64,000 nt of DNA from Bdellovibrionales bacterium (GCA_018266355.1 JAFEAP010000029.1:795137-859136), one strand, 5' to 3'. Shown: positions 1 through 9,403, counted from the first letter of the stretch. The notes: generated from the sequence alone by a model not told the origin. Made by a program: numbers and translations.

Positions 1-377
1 GCGATCAGGAGCGAAGGAAAGATGTAGAAGACGTCGACCACGCGCATAAGCGCGGCGTCGATCTTTCCGCCCCGGTATCCGGCGATCGCGCCGACGAGCG
101 TCCCGACGGTGAGTGAAAGCAGCGCGGTGATCACGCCGACGGAGAGCGACATCCGCGCGCCGTAGACCACCCGGGAATAAAGGTCCCGGCCGAGCGTGTC
201 GGTCCCCATCCAGTGCTGCGCGTTCGGCGTCTCGAGCTTTTCCTCGATGTTCTGGACCTCGTAGGACTGGCGGGTGAAGACGGGCGCGAACCCCGCGCCG
301 ACGGAAACCACCGCGAGGAAGACGAGGCTCGCGAGCGCCACCCGATGCCGGAGGAATTTCTTCGCGAAGGATTTCAC
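1..377 (-). CDS. ABC peptide-type transporter permease, OppC/DppC family (partial; C-terminal part lies beyond window start)
   Basis: Not in ORF track because it sits at the window edge. Own minus-strand translation from GTG at 375-377 gives VKSFAKKFLRHRVALASLVFLAVVSVGAGFAPVF...HWMGTDTLGRDLYSRVVYGARMSLSVGVITALLSLTVG. 'GTDxLGRD' followed by a TM helix is the OppC/DppC N-terminal pattern. The gene lies 4 nt downstream of the OppB-like gene. Confidence 0.8.
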   Translation of the reverse strand, partial: MKSFAKKFLRHRVALASLVFLAVVSVGAGFAPVFTRQSYEVQNIEEKLETPNAQHWMGTDTLGRDLYSRVVYGARMSLSVGVITALLSLTVGTLVGAIAGYRGGKIDAALMRVVDVFYIFPSLLI

Positions 378-381
378 CCGC

Positions 382-1326
382 TCATCCCTCCGCCGTTTCG
401 AGCCGGATCCGCGGATCCAGCATCGCGCACGCGACGTCGACGAGCAGGTTCGAGACGATCAGGATCGCCCCGTAAACGAGGGTGACCCCCATGACCATCG
501 GATAGTCGCGGTTCAAAACCGCACCGACGAAATGCTTCCCGAGGCCCGGCACCTGGAAGACCATCTCGACGAGGAAGGAGCCGGTGACGAGGCTCGCGGC
601 GAGCGGACCGAGGACCGTGATCACGGGGATCAGCGAATTCCGGAGCGCGTGATGGAAAAGGATCTTCGTCACCGTCTGGCCTTTCGCGTAAGCCGTTCGG
701 ATGTAGTCGGAAGAAAGCGTCTCGATTACGGACGCCCGCACGAGGCGCGCGGTGATCGCGAGGGGGCGCAGTCCGAGCGTGATCACGGGCAAGACCACGC
801 TCGAGCGTTCCTCCCAGAGCGCGGGCGGAAACCATCCGAGCTTCAGCGAAAAGACGAGGACGAGGGTGCTCGCGATCAGGTAGGAAGGCAGCGAAACCCC
901 GGCGATCGCGAGGAAGATCGCGCTCGAATCCATCCACGTGCCTTGGCGCCAGGCCGCGAGCACGCCGAGCGGGACGCCGAGCGCGACCGCGAAGACGAGA
1001 GCGAGACCTCCGAGGAGCAGGGAGGGCGGTAGCGAGCTTCCGATCATTTCGTTCACCGTGCGGCCGACGTATTGGAACGACTCCCCGAAATCGAAGTGGA
1101 GCGTGACCGAGGAAAGCCACTTCAAGTACTGCTGCCAAAGGGGCAGGTCGAGTCCGTAGCGCGCGTCGATCGCGGCTTGGACGTCCTTCGGAAAGACCCG
1201 GTCGCCGTCGAACGGCCCGCCCGGAGCGAAACGCATGAGGAAGAAGACGAACGTCGCGAGGATCAGGAGGGTCGGAATCGCGCCGAGGAGTCGTTTCAAG
1301 ATGTAGGGAAAGAGGCCTTTACCCAT
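382..1326 (-). CDS. ABC peptide-type transporter permease, OppB/DppB family
   Basis: 314-aa ORF. N-terminus MGKGLFPYILKRLLGAIPTLLILATFVFFLMRFAPGGPF and internal 'DYIRTAYAKG' match the OppB/DppB permease pattern. Confidence 0.9.
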   Translation of the reverse strand: MGKGLFPYILKRLLGAIPTLLILATFVFFLMRFAPGGPFDGDRVFPKDVQAAIDARYGLDLPLWQQYLKWLSSVTLHFDFGESFQYVGRTVNEMIGSSLPPSLLLGGLALVFAVALGVPLGVLAAWRQGTWMDSSAIFLAIAGVSLPSYLIASTLVLVFSLKLGWFPPALWEERSSVVLPVITLGLRPLAITARLVRASVIETLSSDYIRTAYAKGQTVTKILFHHALRNSLIPVITVLGPLAASLVTGSFLVEMVFQVPGLGKHFVGAVLNRDYPMVMGVTLVYGAILIVSNLLVDVACAMLDPRIRLETAEG

Positions 1327-2241
1327 CTATTTCCGTCCCGCTCCGCCCGCGAGACCCGCCGGCGGAAAGTACGCGACCCAGCTCGAATGCTTCGGAAATC
1401 CCCGCGGCGCCTTCGCGGTCATGTCCCGGTCGCAAAGCACCGCCGTATAGGCGCAGATGAACGCATCGAAAGCGGCGAGGCTCGTGCCGAGCTTCTTCAG
1501 ATCGCGGTCGTAGATGAAGACGCCCTTTTTCATCGCGATCGTTTCGAGGAGCTCGACGCGCGCGGCGTATCCCTCCTCGGGTTTTCGGTAGTTCTGGATC
1601 AGGCGCTTCGGGAGTCCGAACGCCTGGGCGAGGGTCGAGATCGTCAGCTTCGGCCAGACTTCGACGATCGGCAGGTCGCCGAGGTGGCGCTTCAAGTAGT
1701 GCATCCGCGCGGTCAGCGGCGCTCGGTTCCCGCCGAGCGCTTCGTCGATCTCGAACCGGAAATCGCGCGCGAGTTCGGGCAGGATCCGGTAGCGCGCCCA
1801 GATCTCGAACGGACGCTGGGTATACGGCGTGACCTCGAGCACGTTTACGTCGAGGTTCGAAGCTTCCGCCGCCTTGCGTGCGGTTTCCCGCATCCACTTC
1901 GCCGCCGGCTCGGAGCAGCCCGCCGCCGTACGGCACGCGCGCCGCTCACAGGTGATGCAGGGAGGGAGCTCGATCGGCACGTTCACGCCGATCTTCACCG
2001 CTTGGTGGAGCGTCCGGTTCCGTTCGTAGGACGTCGCTTCCGTAATCGTCTCGAGGAGAGCCTCGTCCCCGCTTTGGTCGTTATGGCCGGCGATCCGGTC
2101 GTAGACGTCGAGGAGGAAAACCTTCTGCTCGCGCGGATAATATTCGAGCACCGCGAGCGAGGTCTTCTGGTTCTTCGCGCCCGCGAGCTCGAGGCCGAGG
2201 TATCGGCGGGGCTGCATCGGGAGGACGCGGGATTCGCTCAT
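1327..2241 (-). CDS. hypothetical protein, possibly RNase H-like fold / DUF429-like, with a Cys cluster
   Basis: 304-aa ORF with normal protein composition. 'YLGLELAGAKNQKTSLAVL' near the N-terminus and 'FDAFICAYTA' near the C-terminus resemble DUF429-type proteins. Cys cluster 'PPCITCERRACRTAAGC'. Family call is tentative. Confidence 0.6.
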   Translation of the reverse strand: MSESRVLPMQPRRYLGLELAGAKNQKTSLAVLEYYPREQKVFLLDVYDRIAGHNDQSGDEALLETITEATSYERNRTLHQAVKIGVNVPIELPPCITCERRACRTAAGCSEPAAKWMRETARKAAEASNLDVNVLEVTPYTQRPFEIWARYRILPELARDFRFEIDEALGGNRAPLTARMHYLKRHLGDLPIVEVWPKLTISTLAQAFGLPKRLIQNYRKPEEGYAARVELLETIAMKKGVFIYDRDLKKLGTSLAAFDAFICAYTAVLCDRDMTAKAPRGFPKHSSWVAYFPPAGLAGGAGRK

Positions 2242-2251
2242 CGGTTCACGC

Positions 2252-3331
2252 TCATTCGATCGTGAGTCCTTTTTTCGCCGCGCGGAACGGGAGGTGCCGG
2301 ATGCCGGGGAGCGCGCCGACCTCGCGGACGATCGCTTCGCGGACGCCCGGATTTTTTTCCGGGACGTAGACGAAGAAGCACCCGCCGCCGCCGGCTCCGC
2401 AAATTTTGCCCGCTGTCGCGCCTTTCGCCATCGCGAGTTCGAACGCGCGGTCGATTTCGGGCGTCGTGATCCCGCTTGCGAGCCCGCGCCGAACCTCCCA
2501 CTCGGAGGCGATCGCGTTTCCGGCGCCCGTCCAGTTCTTTTCCTTCAAGGCCTGCTCGAGCGAGTGGGTCGAGTGATTGATCCCGTGAAACTGTTCCCGC
2601 ACGTTTCCCAGGCCGTCGATGAAGGCCTTGAAGAGCGCCCAGTTGTTGATCCCGGAATTCCGGGATTGGCCCGAATAAAAAAGGAGGATCCGTTCTTCGA
2701 GTTCGGGAATGAGGTCCGGGGAGAGCCACTGACGGTCGTGCTTGCCCGCGCCCCAGCGGAGCGACTGGAGCCCGCCGAACATCGCGCCGTAGTAATCCTG
2801 CATGCCGGCGGGAACCTTGATCACGGTCGTCTCGACGTCGCGGGTGATCTCGACCAGACGTTCGCCGTCGAGTTCGACGTTCACGGCTCCGTCGCACCAG
2901 ACCTTGAGCGCGCCGATGATCGAAACCGATAGCGTGGAGGAGCCCCCGAGTCCGGCTCCGGCCGGGCTCTTCGCGCGCGTCGAGAGCGTGAGGCCGACCG
3001 TCGGATAGAAACGGCCCGATTTTTTCTTCAGTTCGAGGAAGTAGCGGAGGTACTTCCAGTGGAGTTCGAGCGAGGGCGGGGGAGTTTGGGCCTCGATCGT
3101 GTCCCACGTGAATTTGAGTTCGGCGCCTTGGTCCTCCGCGCGCAGCGTGACCACGGGTTCGCCCGAGACGGTGGCGACTTCCTCGAGGTCGGTCTCGGCG
3201 TAGAGGTCGATCGCGAGATTCACCGTCGTCGCGCGATTCAGGAAAAGGTAGATCGGCCAGATGTCGACCGTGCCCCCCGCGAGGTCGATGCGGGTCGGAG
3301 CTTTCGCGCGGAATTTCCGAAGGGTTTTCAT
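2252..3331 (-). CDS. GHMP-family sugar kinase, HddA/fucokinase-like (D-glycero-D-manno-heptose 7-phosphate kinase-like)
   Basis: 359 aa. N-terminal 'KAPTRIDLAGGTVDIWPIY', GHMP phosphate loop 'PAGAGLGGSSTLSVSII', C-terminal 'GAGGGGCFFV'. Adjacent to the GmhB-like phosphatase. Confidence 0.85.
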   Translation of the reverse strand: MKTLRKFRAKAPTRIDLAGGTVDIWPIYLFLNRATTVNLAIDLYAETDLEEVATVSGEPVVTLRAEDQGAELKFTWDTIEAQTPPPSLELHWKYLRYFLELKKKSGRFYPTVGLTLSTRAKSPAGAGLGGSSTLSVSIIGALKVWCDGAVNVELDGERLVEITRDVETTVIKVPAGMQDYYGAMFGGLQSLRWGAGKHDRQWLSPDLIPELEERILLFYSGQSRNSGINNWALFKAFIDGLGNVREQFHGINHSTHSLEQALKEKNWTGAGNAIASEWEVRRGLASGITTPEIDRAFELAMAKGATAGKICGAGGGGCFFVYVPEKNPGVREAIVREVGALPGIRHLPFRAAKKGLTIE

Positions 3332-3392
3332 GCCTCAATTCTAGGGAGGGAACCTTCGAAGGCAAAGTAAAAACGCTAGGTATTTCGGGCGA

Positions 3393-3932
3393 TTAGAGCT
3401 CGGATTTCGCTTGCGAAAGGATCCAGCTCACGGCTTCGCCGAGCGAGGAAAATCGCCCGTCCGACGGGCCGTTCTCCGATGCCCGCGCGTTTACGAAAAG
3501 GTTTACGCCGCAGCCCGCTGCGACGCCGGCTCGGAGATCGCTTTCCCGGTCGCCGATCATGATCGATCGAACGAGATCGATTTCGAGCTCGCGCGCGGCT
3601 TCGACGAGCATTCCCGGAAGGGGTTTCCGGCACGCGCAGTTCGCCTCCGAGTCGTGGAAACACACCTTTAACGCGTCGACCGCGAGTTTTTCGCGGACGA
3701 TCGCGTTCATCGCTTCGACGTTCGCCCGGGTCTGCCATCCGCGAGCGACGTCCGGTTGGTTCGTCACGACGACGATCGCGAAGCCGGCGGTCCGCAGGTC
3801 CGCGATCGCCCCCTCGACGTCGGGAAAAAATTCGAATTCCTCGGGCCGATCGGGAGCCCGCGGTTTTCCGTCCCGGAAGACCGTCCGGTTCAGCACCCCG
3901 TCGCGATCGAGGAATACCGCTCGCCGCCGCAC
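3393..3932 (-). CDS. gmhB: HAD-IIIA phosphatase, GmhB-like (D,D-heptose 1,7-bisphosphate phosphatase-like)
   Basis: 179 aa. HAD motif I 'AVFLDRDGVLN', motif II 'VVVTNQ', later 'IGDRESD'. This is the GmhB/HisB-N subfamily pattern. Confidence 0.8.
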   Translation of the reverse strand: MRRRAVFLDRDGVLNRTVFRDGKPRAPDRPEEFEFFPDVEGAIADLRTAGFAIVVVTNQPDVARGWQTRANVEAMNAIVREKLAVDALKVCFHDSEANCACRKPLPGMLVEAARELEIDLVRSIMIGDRESDLRAGVAAGCGVNLFVNARASENGPSDGRFSSLGEAVSWILSQAKSEL

Positions 3933-4730
3933 TTAAAGTTCGATTCGTTTCGCGGGCACGCCGCCCCAGGTTTCGCCCGCCGGAATCCGCGTCTTCGGAA
4001 GCACGAGCGAGTTCGCGAGCACCTTCGCGTCCTCGCCAACCTCGACGTCGCCCATGATCGTCGCGAGCATGCCGATGACGGCGCCCCGCCGGATGATCGT
4101 CGGCGCGAGGATGAGGTAGCCCGACTGGCCGTAGTGGCAGATGATGCTCGCCGATCCGCCGATCGTGACGTTCTCCTCGAGGACGAGGAGCGCGGCATCG
4201 GTGAGGTTCGACGAATTGATTTGCGTGTTCTTGCCGATCTTCATCCCCATGAGGCCGTAATACATATGGTTCAGCGGCGTCGGCGTGACGTAGTCGAGGA
4301 ACGAGTAGCGCACGATGTAGGCGAGCGAGTTGTGGAGGTACCACGGCAGGAACTGCGCGGAATGGAACGATCCGCGGCTCGGCTTGACGAGGGATCGGAG
4401 CGGCCAGTTCACGAGGGGGACGACGAGAAGGAGCGCGAATCCGTAAGTGAAGAACGCCGCGCCGATGCCCACGCCCGACGCGAACGTCCGGAGGACGACG
4501 CCCGAATCCTCGCCCAGGCCCGCGATCAGGTGATAGACGCCGATCCCCGGCGCGATCGCGGCGCCGACGACGACGCTCGCGATCAGGTAGATCGGAACCA
4601 TCATCAAGCCGTGAGTGACGCTCTTGCCGGCACGGAGGGCGCGGTCGAAAAGCCCCTTCGGCGGCGCCTCGGGAGGACGTTCCTTCTTTTTCGGTCTTTC
4701 GATCGGCGGGTATTCGGGATTGTCGATCAA
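3933..4730 (-). CDS. membrane-anchored hexapeptide-repeat (left-handed beta-helix) acyltransferase
   Basis: 265 aa. The N-terminal half has hydrophobic helices (MMVPIYLIASVVVGAAIAPGIGVY; AAFFTYGFALLLVVPLV). The C-terminal half has imperfect hexapeptide repeats (IGKNTQINSSNL...VTIGGSASI...IRRGAVIGMLATIMGDVEVGEDAKVLANSLV). Confidence 0.75.
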   Translation of the reverse strand: MIDNPEYPPIERPKKKERPPEAPPKGLFDRALRAGKSVTHGLMMVPIYLIASVVVGAAIAPGIGVYHLIAGLGEDSGVVLRTFASGVGIGAAFFTYGFALLLVVPLVNWPLRSLVKPSRGSFHSAQFLPWYLHNSLAYIVRYSFLDYVTPTPLNHMYYGLMGMKIGKNTQINSSNLTDAALLVLEENVTIGGSASIICHYGQSGYLILAPTIIRRGAVIGMLATIMGDVEVGEDAKVLANSLVLPKTRIPAGETWGGVPAKRIEL

Positions 4731-4745
4731 TCTCGGGCCCGGCTC

Positions 4746-5291
4746 TCAGTGCTCGGCTTCGAGGAAGCCGATGAACGGCAGACCTCGGAACTTACCGGCA
4801 TAGTCGAGGCCGTAACCGACGACGAACTCCGGGCCGATCTTGAAGCCGACGTAATCGACCGGGATATCGACGCGCATCGAGTCCGGCTTCATGAGCAGCG
4901 AACAGGTGCGGAGCGAAGCCGGGCGACGGGCGCGGAGGTTCGCGATCAGGTACGAAAGCGTCAGTCCCGAGTCGACGATGTCTTCGAAGAGGATGACGTG
5001 CTTGTTCTCGAGCGGTTCGTTGATGTCGAGGGTGACCTTCACTTCGCCCGAGCTGACTTTCTTGTCGCCGTAGCTCGAGACGCCGAGAAATTCACAAGAC
5101 GTCGGGAGATCGATCTTCCGCAGGATGTCCGAGAAGAAAATGAAGCTGCCCTTGAGCACGCAGATCGCGACGATCTCGCGCCCGGCGTAGTCGTTTTGGA
5201 TCTCGTTCGCGAGTTCCGCGATCCGCTCGTCGAGCTTTTCGGCGGAGATGAGGACCTTGGGATCGCTGTGGTTCGAAGCTGGTTTAGACAT
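4746..5291 (-). CDS. hpt: hypoxanthine(-guanine) phosphoribosyltransferase
   Basis: 181 aa. PRPP-binding motif 'VILFEDIVDSGLTLSY' and overall Hpt layout (VLKGSFIFFSDILRKI). Confidence 0.9.
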   Translation of the reverse strand: MSKPASNHSDPKVLISAEKLDERIAELANEIQNDYAGREIVAICVLKGSFIFFSDILRKIDLPTSCEFLGVSSYGDKKVSSGEVKVTLDINEPLENKHVILFEDIVDSGLTLSYLIANLRARRPASLRTCSLLMKPDSMRVDIPVDYVGFKIGPEFVVGYGLDYAGKFRGLPFIGFLEAEH

Positions 5292-6105
5292 ACGAGTTAT
5301 TCATGACCTCGCCGAAGCCGCCCCCGCCGGGGACGATGTAGTGTTTGTCGTTCAGTCCGCGCTCTTCGTTCCAGTGTTCGCCGGGAACGGAGCCGAGGAC
5401 CTTCGCGTTCGAAAGCCCCCGGTCGAGCCGAACCGCGTAGACGATCAGATCGGGGTGGGCTTGGGTAACGTTCTTTAGATACTCGGGAGTGACGATACAG
5501 TGAAGGGCAATGTACTTTTTCGCCGTTCCACCGAGCTTTTTATAGAGGGAAACGGCTTCGACCACCGTCCCGCCGGTCGCTCCCATGGGGTCGGGAATGA
5601 GCACGATCGCGTTTTCCGCGTCGCCGCCGATCTTATGCCCCGAAACCTGGCTACCGGTGACGCGGGCGGCGTGGTCGGTGATCCGACCGATCGAGATGTG
5701 ATCCTGGCGGACGAGCTTCGGATTCATGAAGTAATTCAAGGCCGTATAGCAGATATGCGACGGCAGCGTGCCCGCGCGGGCGAGGTTCACCGTTACCACC
5801 GGCTGATCGGCGACGATCTTCGGACCGGAATAAACGCCTTCCGCGGGGTGATCGGCGGCCATTCGCGTGCGGACTTCGGAGTTTTTAGTCGGGAATTCCC
5901 GGGCGACCACCGTGTTCAGGAGGGAGGAATAGATCGACTGGACGAGTTCGTTGATGACCGGCTGGACGGTTTCCTCGGCGCAAAGGCGGGCGAGGAGGGA
6001 AAGGAGGTAGGGGTCCGAAAGGAGGTGGACGTTTTTCCCGTAGCGGTGATCGAATTCCGAGAGGCGGAATTCGATCTTCTCAAATTGCCGATCGCGCGTG
6101 CTCAT
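5284..6105 (-). CDS. upp: uracil phosphoribosyltransferase family protein (long form)
   Basis: 273 aa. PRPP loop '[12 protein letters not shown]' and C-terminal '[11 protein letters not shown]' (UPRTase uracil-binding region). It has an N-terminal extension compared with classical Upp. Overlaps hpt by 8 nt. Confidence 0.8.
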   Translation of the reverse strand: MSTRDRQFEKIEFRLSEFDHRYGKNVHLLSDPYLLSLLARLCAEETVQPVINELVQSIYSSLLNTVVAREFPTKNSEVRTRMAADHPAEGVYSGPKIVADQPVVTVNLARAGTLPSHICYTALNYFMNPKLVRQDHISIGRITDHAARVTGSQVSGHKIGGDAENAIVLIPDPMGATGGTVVEAVSLYKKLGGTAKKYIALHCIVTPEYLKNVTQAHPDLIVYAVRLDRGLSNAKVLGSVPGEHWNEERGLNDKHYIVPGGGGFGEVMNNSYV

Positions 6106-6712
6106 CGGTTTTTCCCGGAGTCGGGGTCGTGGAGCGCATGGGCTCGGATTTGAAGTCGACGTTCGGTTCGTGGCAGAAGCGGCAGCGCGCTTCGTACATT
6201 TCCTTCGCGCCGACCGCGACGATCGCGGCGTCGCCGACGACTTTCTGGGAACGCGAAGCCGCCTGGCCGCAAACGACGCACACGGCTTGGAGCTTCGTCA
6301 CGCTTTCCGCGACGGAGAGGAGCTTCGGCATCGGGCCGAAGGGTTGACCGCGGAAGTCCATGTCGAGTCCCGCGCAGATCACCCGCATGCCGCGGTAAGC
6401 GAGCTTGTTGCAGACGTCGACGACCGAGTCGTCGAAAAACTGCACTTCGTCGATCCCGACGACGCGGGTGTTGTCTTCGACGCGGTCGAGGATTTCCCAC
6501 GCGTTCTTCACCGGGATCGAGAGGACGCGATTCGCGTCGTGGGACTGGACGTGATCTTCGCTATAGCGATTGTCGATCGCCGGCTTGAAGACTTGGACCT
6601 TCTGGCGGCCGTACTGGGCGCGTTTCAAGCGCCGCATCAGTTCTTCGGTTTTCCCGCTGAACATGCTTCCGCAGACGACTTCGATGAAACCCGGCAGGCT
6701 CTTATGCAGCAT
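6080..6712 (-). CDS. tdk: thymidine kinase
   Basis: 210 aa. P-loop '[11 protein letters not shown]' and C-terminal zinc ribbon 'CVVCG...CRFCH'. Overlaps the upp start by 26 nt. Confidence 0.9.
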   Translation of the reverse strand: MLHKSLPGFIEVVCGSMFSGKTEELMRRLKRAQYGRQKVQVFKPAIDNRYSEDHVQSHDANRVLSIPVKNAWEILDRVEDNTRVVGIDEVQFFDDSVVDVCNKLAYRGMRVICAGLDMDFRGQPFGPMPKLLSVAESVTKLQAVCVVCGQAASRSQKVVGDAAIVAVGAKEMYEARCRFCHEPNVDFKSEPMRSTTPTPGKTDEHARSAI

Positions 6713-6819
6713 GCGAATCTCGTATCAAACGAGTCGAGTGATGGGAAGGAATGGAGCGGCGGGTTAGAGAAAAAGGTTTACTGGGCTCGCGAGTAACGCG
6801 CGGGCGCTGACGCGGATGC

Positions 6820-8289
6820 TTACCACCAGCCGAACGGATTCTTCAGCCAGCGCACGCACTTCGTCGCGAGGCTCGCCGGTCGGGTCAGTTTCTCGAGACC
6901 TTCGAGGTACTCATGACCGGAGGCTTGAACCGGCATGCCGTGCGCGGCGGCCTGCGTGATCATCCGCTTCGTGCGCTCGAGGATGACCTCGGCCGTCTCG
7001 GTTCCCTTTTCGGCATCGTAGTAGATGCGATCGAGGAGGGTCGCGAGGACGTCAGCCGGCTTCGACTGTTTTTCGATGATCCCGTAGAACGCCTTCTCGC
7101 TCGCGGGCGAAGTGAGCGCGCGTTTCGCGAGGTAGTCGAGGATCGCGAGGTCGGATTCGTTCTTCAGCTTCACCTCGCCCCCGAGCACGCGGGCGAGGTG
7201 ATCGCCGTGCAAGGCTTTCCGGGCATCCGGCGTGATGAGGGACTCGTATTTCTTCGGGTCGAGTCCGAGCTCGCTCACGTAGAGGTGGAATTCGAGCGCC
7301 TTGATCTCGGCCGTCGAGCGGTAGGACGCGATCTCCACCTTCGTGGTGTCGACGAAATGGATCGGACCTTCCTGTTTCTTCATGAAGTCGATGCGCGCGT
7401 CCATCAGCTCGGTGAGAAGCTGGTACTCCTCGGGGGTCGTGGGCATGCGGACCGCGCGGAGCTCGAACGGCATGTCGTGGTTCGCGAACTCCGACTTGAT
7501 CAGCTGTTTCATTCCGAAAGACTGGTAGTGCTGACCCGAGCTGAGGCCGTTCTTATTGAAGGTCGGGGTCCAGGTATAAACCTCGTAGTTCATCCGCCGC
7601 GCGAGGACGTCGATCGTTTCGACCTTCCCGGCGTTCACGTCCTCGACGAGGGCCGTGAAGGCCTTGCGTTGTTCGGGCTTCAGTTCGCTCAATAGGGGCG
7701 CGTTCGCGAAGTCGTCGCCGAAGACGCCGGCGCCGAGCGCCGGATTGTTCTGGTAGTCGACGAGGTAGCGCATGAATCCCTTCACGTCGCCTTCGAACGC
7801 CGAGCGCGCGCCGATGTTCAGGTGCGCGGTGCTGTTCTCGATGTCGCGCGCCTGGCGGAAAGAGAGTCCCGAGCCTTTCGCCGAATCGAAGATGTACTTC
7901 TTCATCTCGGCGATTTGGTCGCGGATGGCATTCGACGTCGCGGGAGAGGTCTGGACTTCGACGCAGCCCGGATCGACCGCGATATTGAACCACCATGAAC
8001 CGTCGGGAACGGTGACCTTGTATTCCTCGAATCCGAATTTCCCTTTATGGGTGGAGACCTGACAGGTCGGGCAACGGCGGCGGACTTGGTCGACCATCGC
8101 TTCCGCGAACTGGTGCTCGGCTTTTCCGACGAGTGTGCCGGGAAGCCGCCAACGCGCGGCCTGGTCGATCTTCGGGCTCACGAAGTTGAATTCGGTGCCG
8201 TAGGTCGGCGGATACGCGAGCGCCGCCGTCGCCGCGAAGAGCGGCGCGAGCGAAAGGATTCGAAGCCGGAGGCCTCCACGGAGAGTCAT
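6820..8289 (-). CDS. exported hypothetical protein with amidoligase/glutamine-synthetase-like motif order (tentative)
   Basis: 489 aa. Signal peptide LRILSLAPLFAATAALA. Ordered motifs 'GTEFNF', 'WWFNIAVDPGCVEVQTSP', 'STAHLNIG' and 'PFELRAVRMP'. See findings. Confidence 0.75.
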   Translation of the reverse strand: MTLRGGLRLRILSLAPLFAATAALAYPPTYGTEFNFVSPKIDQAARWRLPGTLVGKAEHQFAEAMVDQVRRRCPTCQVSTHKGKFGFEEYKVTVPDGSWWFNIAVDPGCVEVQTSPATSNAIRDQIAEMKKYIFDSAKGSGLSFRQARDIENSTAHLNIGARSAFEGDVKGFMRYLVDYQNNPALGAGVFGDDFANAPLLSELKPEQRKAFTALVEDVNAGKVETIDVLARRMNYEVYTWTPTFNKNGLSSGQHYQSFGMKQLIKSEFANHDMPFELRAVRMPTTPEEYQLLTELMDARIDFMKKQEGPIHFVDTTKVEIASYRSTAEIKALEFHLYVSELGLDPKKYESLITPDARKALHGDHLARVLGGEVKLKNESDLAILDYLAKRALTSPASEKAFYGIIEKQSKPADVLATLLDRIYYDAEKGTETAEVILERTKRMITQAAAHGMPVQASGHEYLEGLEKLTRPASLATKCVRWLKNPFGWW

Positions 8290-8374
8290 CGCCTTCTTTT
8301 CGGCGGGAAACCGACGGGTCTATAGTCCAGAAGAAGGCTTCGCTCGCTTTCGGTCGTCAAGATCCCGTCGGCGT

Positions 8375-9403
8375 TCAAATCGCGGAGGCGCGCGGCGCCC
8401 GCAGGAGTCGGCCGCAGTCGATCCGGCCGAGACGCCGGGCGGTCGCGACCTCGGCCTCTTCCGCCGCGGTCAGCGGACGGGGCTCGCCGCTCGGGAGGAG
8501 AACGATCCCGTGCGGCTTCTCGGTGGGATGATTCACGCCGGTGAAGAAGAGCATCACCTTCGTGTTCCCGAACTTTCCCTTTTGCATCTCTTCGCCGATG
8601 GCGTCGCGCGCTTTCGTGAAGTTGCCCCAATCGTCGTCCGAGAAAGTCCACACGTGGTACTGGCCCCGCCTCATCGGATCGGGGCCCTCGACGGATTTCC
8701 ACTTCTTTCCCGGCGGGATGGCCTCGAGCTCCGCGAGTTCCTCGATCATGATTTTCGCCTTCTCGCCGGACGGGTCGGCCGCGCCCCCGACCGCATGGAG
8801 GTTCTCGAGAGCGGGTAAGTGACGGATGTAGCCGATCGAACGGAGCCACTCGAACGCCTCGAGCATCTCCTCGGGGAGATGGCTTCTCGCCGTGATGACC
8901 CCGAAGTTTTTCGCGGTTTCCTCGTTCGAAAGCGCGAAAATCATCGCGTCCCAAGCCGGACCCTTCCATCCGGATTTGCCGGAAAGGATCGTTTCTTTCA
9001 GATCCTCGAGAAAATAGTTCCGCCCTCCGGGTCCGTCGCCCGCCGGGCCGAAACGCAGGAAGGAGTTCTCGGTCGCGGTCTTTCGCAATTCGTAGTTTTC
9101 CCATTCCCCGGATTTCCCGATTTTATCGCGAATGAGCGCGAAGTCGTCGGTCGATACGCCGCGCGTTTCGGGCAGACCGTTCGGGATGCCGGCTTTCCGG
9201 TAGAGGGTGATCTGGGTCGGCATGTAGACGAGGTTGTCGTCCCAGTCGAAGTTCAAGACGACCGGGCGGTCGTCGGAGGGAGGAGGAAGCGCGCGCGCCG
9301 GGCTCGGCGTGAGTCCGAGGAGCGCGAAGGCGAGGCCGAACGCGGTCAGCGATCGGCGGATCGGGGATCGGTAATCGGTCGTGAGGGAAGGATTCATCGG
9401 CAT
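8375..9403 (-). CDS. exported HAD-like hydrolase (hypothetical)
   Basis: The ORF-track ORF is 8375..9478. I prefer the Met at 9403 (MPMNPSLTTDYRSPIRRSLTAFGLAFALLGLTPSPARA, a signal peptide). HAD-like motifs: 'LNFDWDDNLVY' (DxDxN/T), 'GVITARS', 'FSDDDWGN'. Confidence 0.7.
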   Translation of the reverse strand: MPMNPSLTTDYRSPIRRSLTAFGLAFALLGLTPSPARALPPPSDDRPVVLNFDWDDNLVYMPTQITLYRKAGIPNGLPETRGVSTDDFALIRDKIGKSGEWENYELRKTATENSFLRFGPAGDGPGGRNYFLEDLKETILSGKSGWKGPAWDAMIFALSNEETAKNFGVITARSHLPEEMLEAFEWLRSIGYIRHLPALENLHAVGGAADPSGEKAKIMIEELAELEAIPPGKKWKSVEGPDPMRRGQYHVWTFSDDDWGNFTKARDAIGEEMQKGKFGNTKVMLFFTGVNHPTEKPHGIVLLPSGEPRPLTAAEEAEVATARRLGRIDCGRLLRAPRASAI

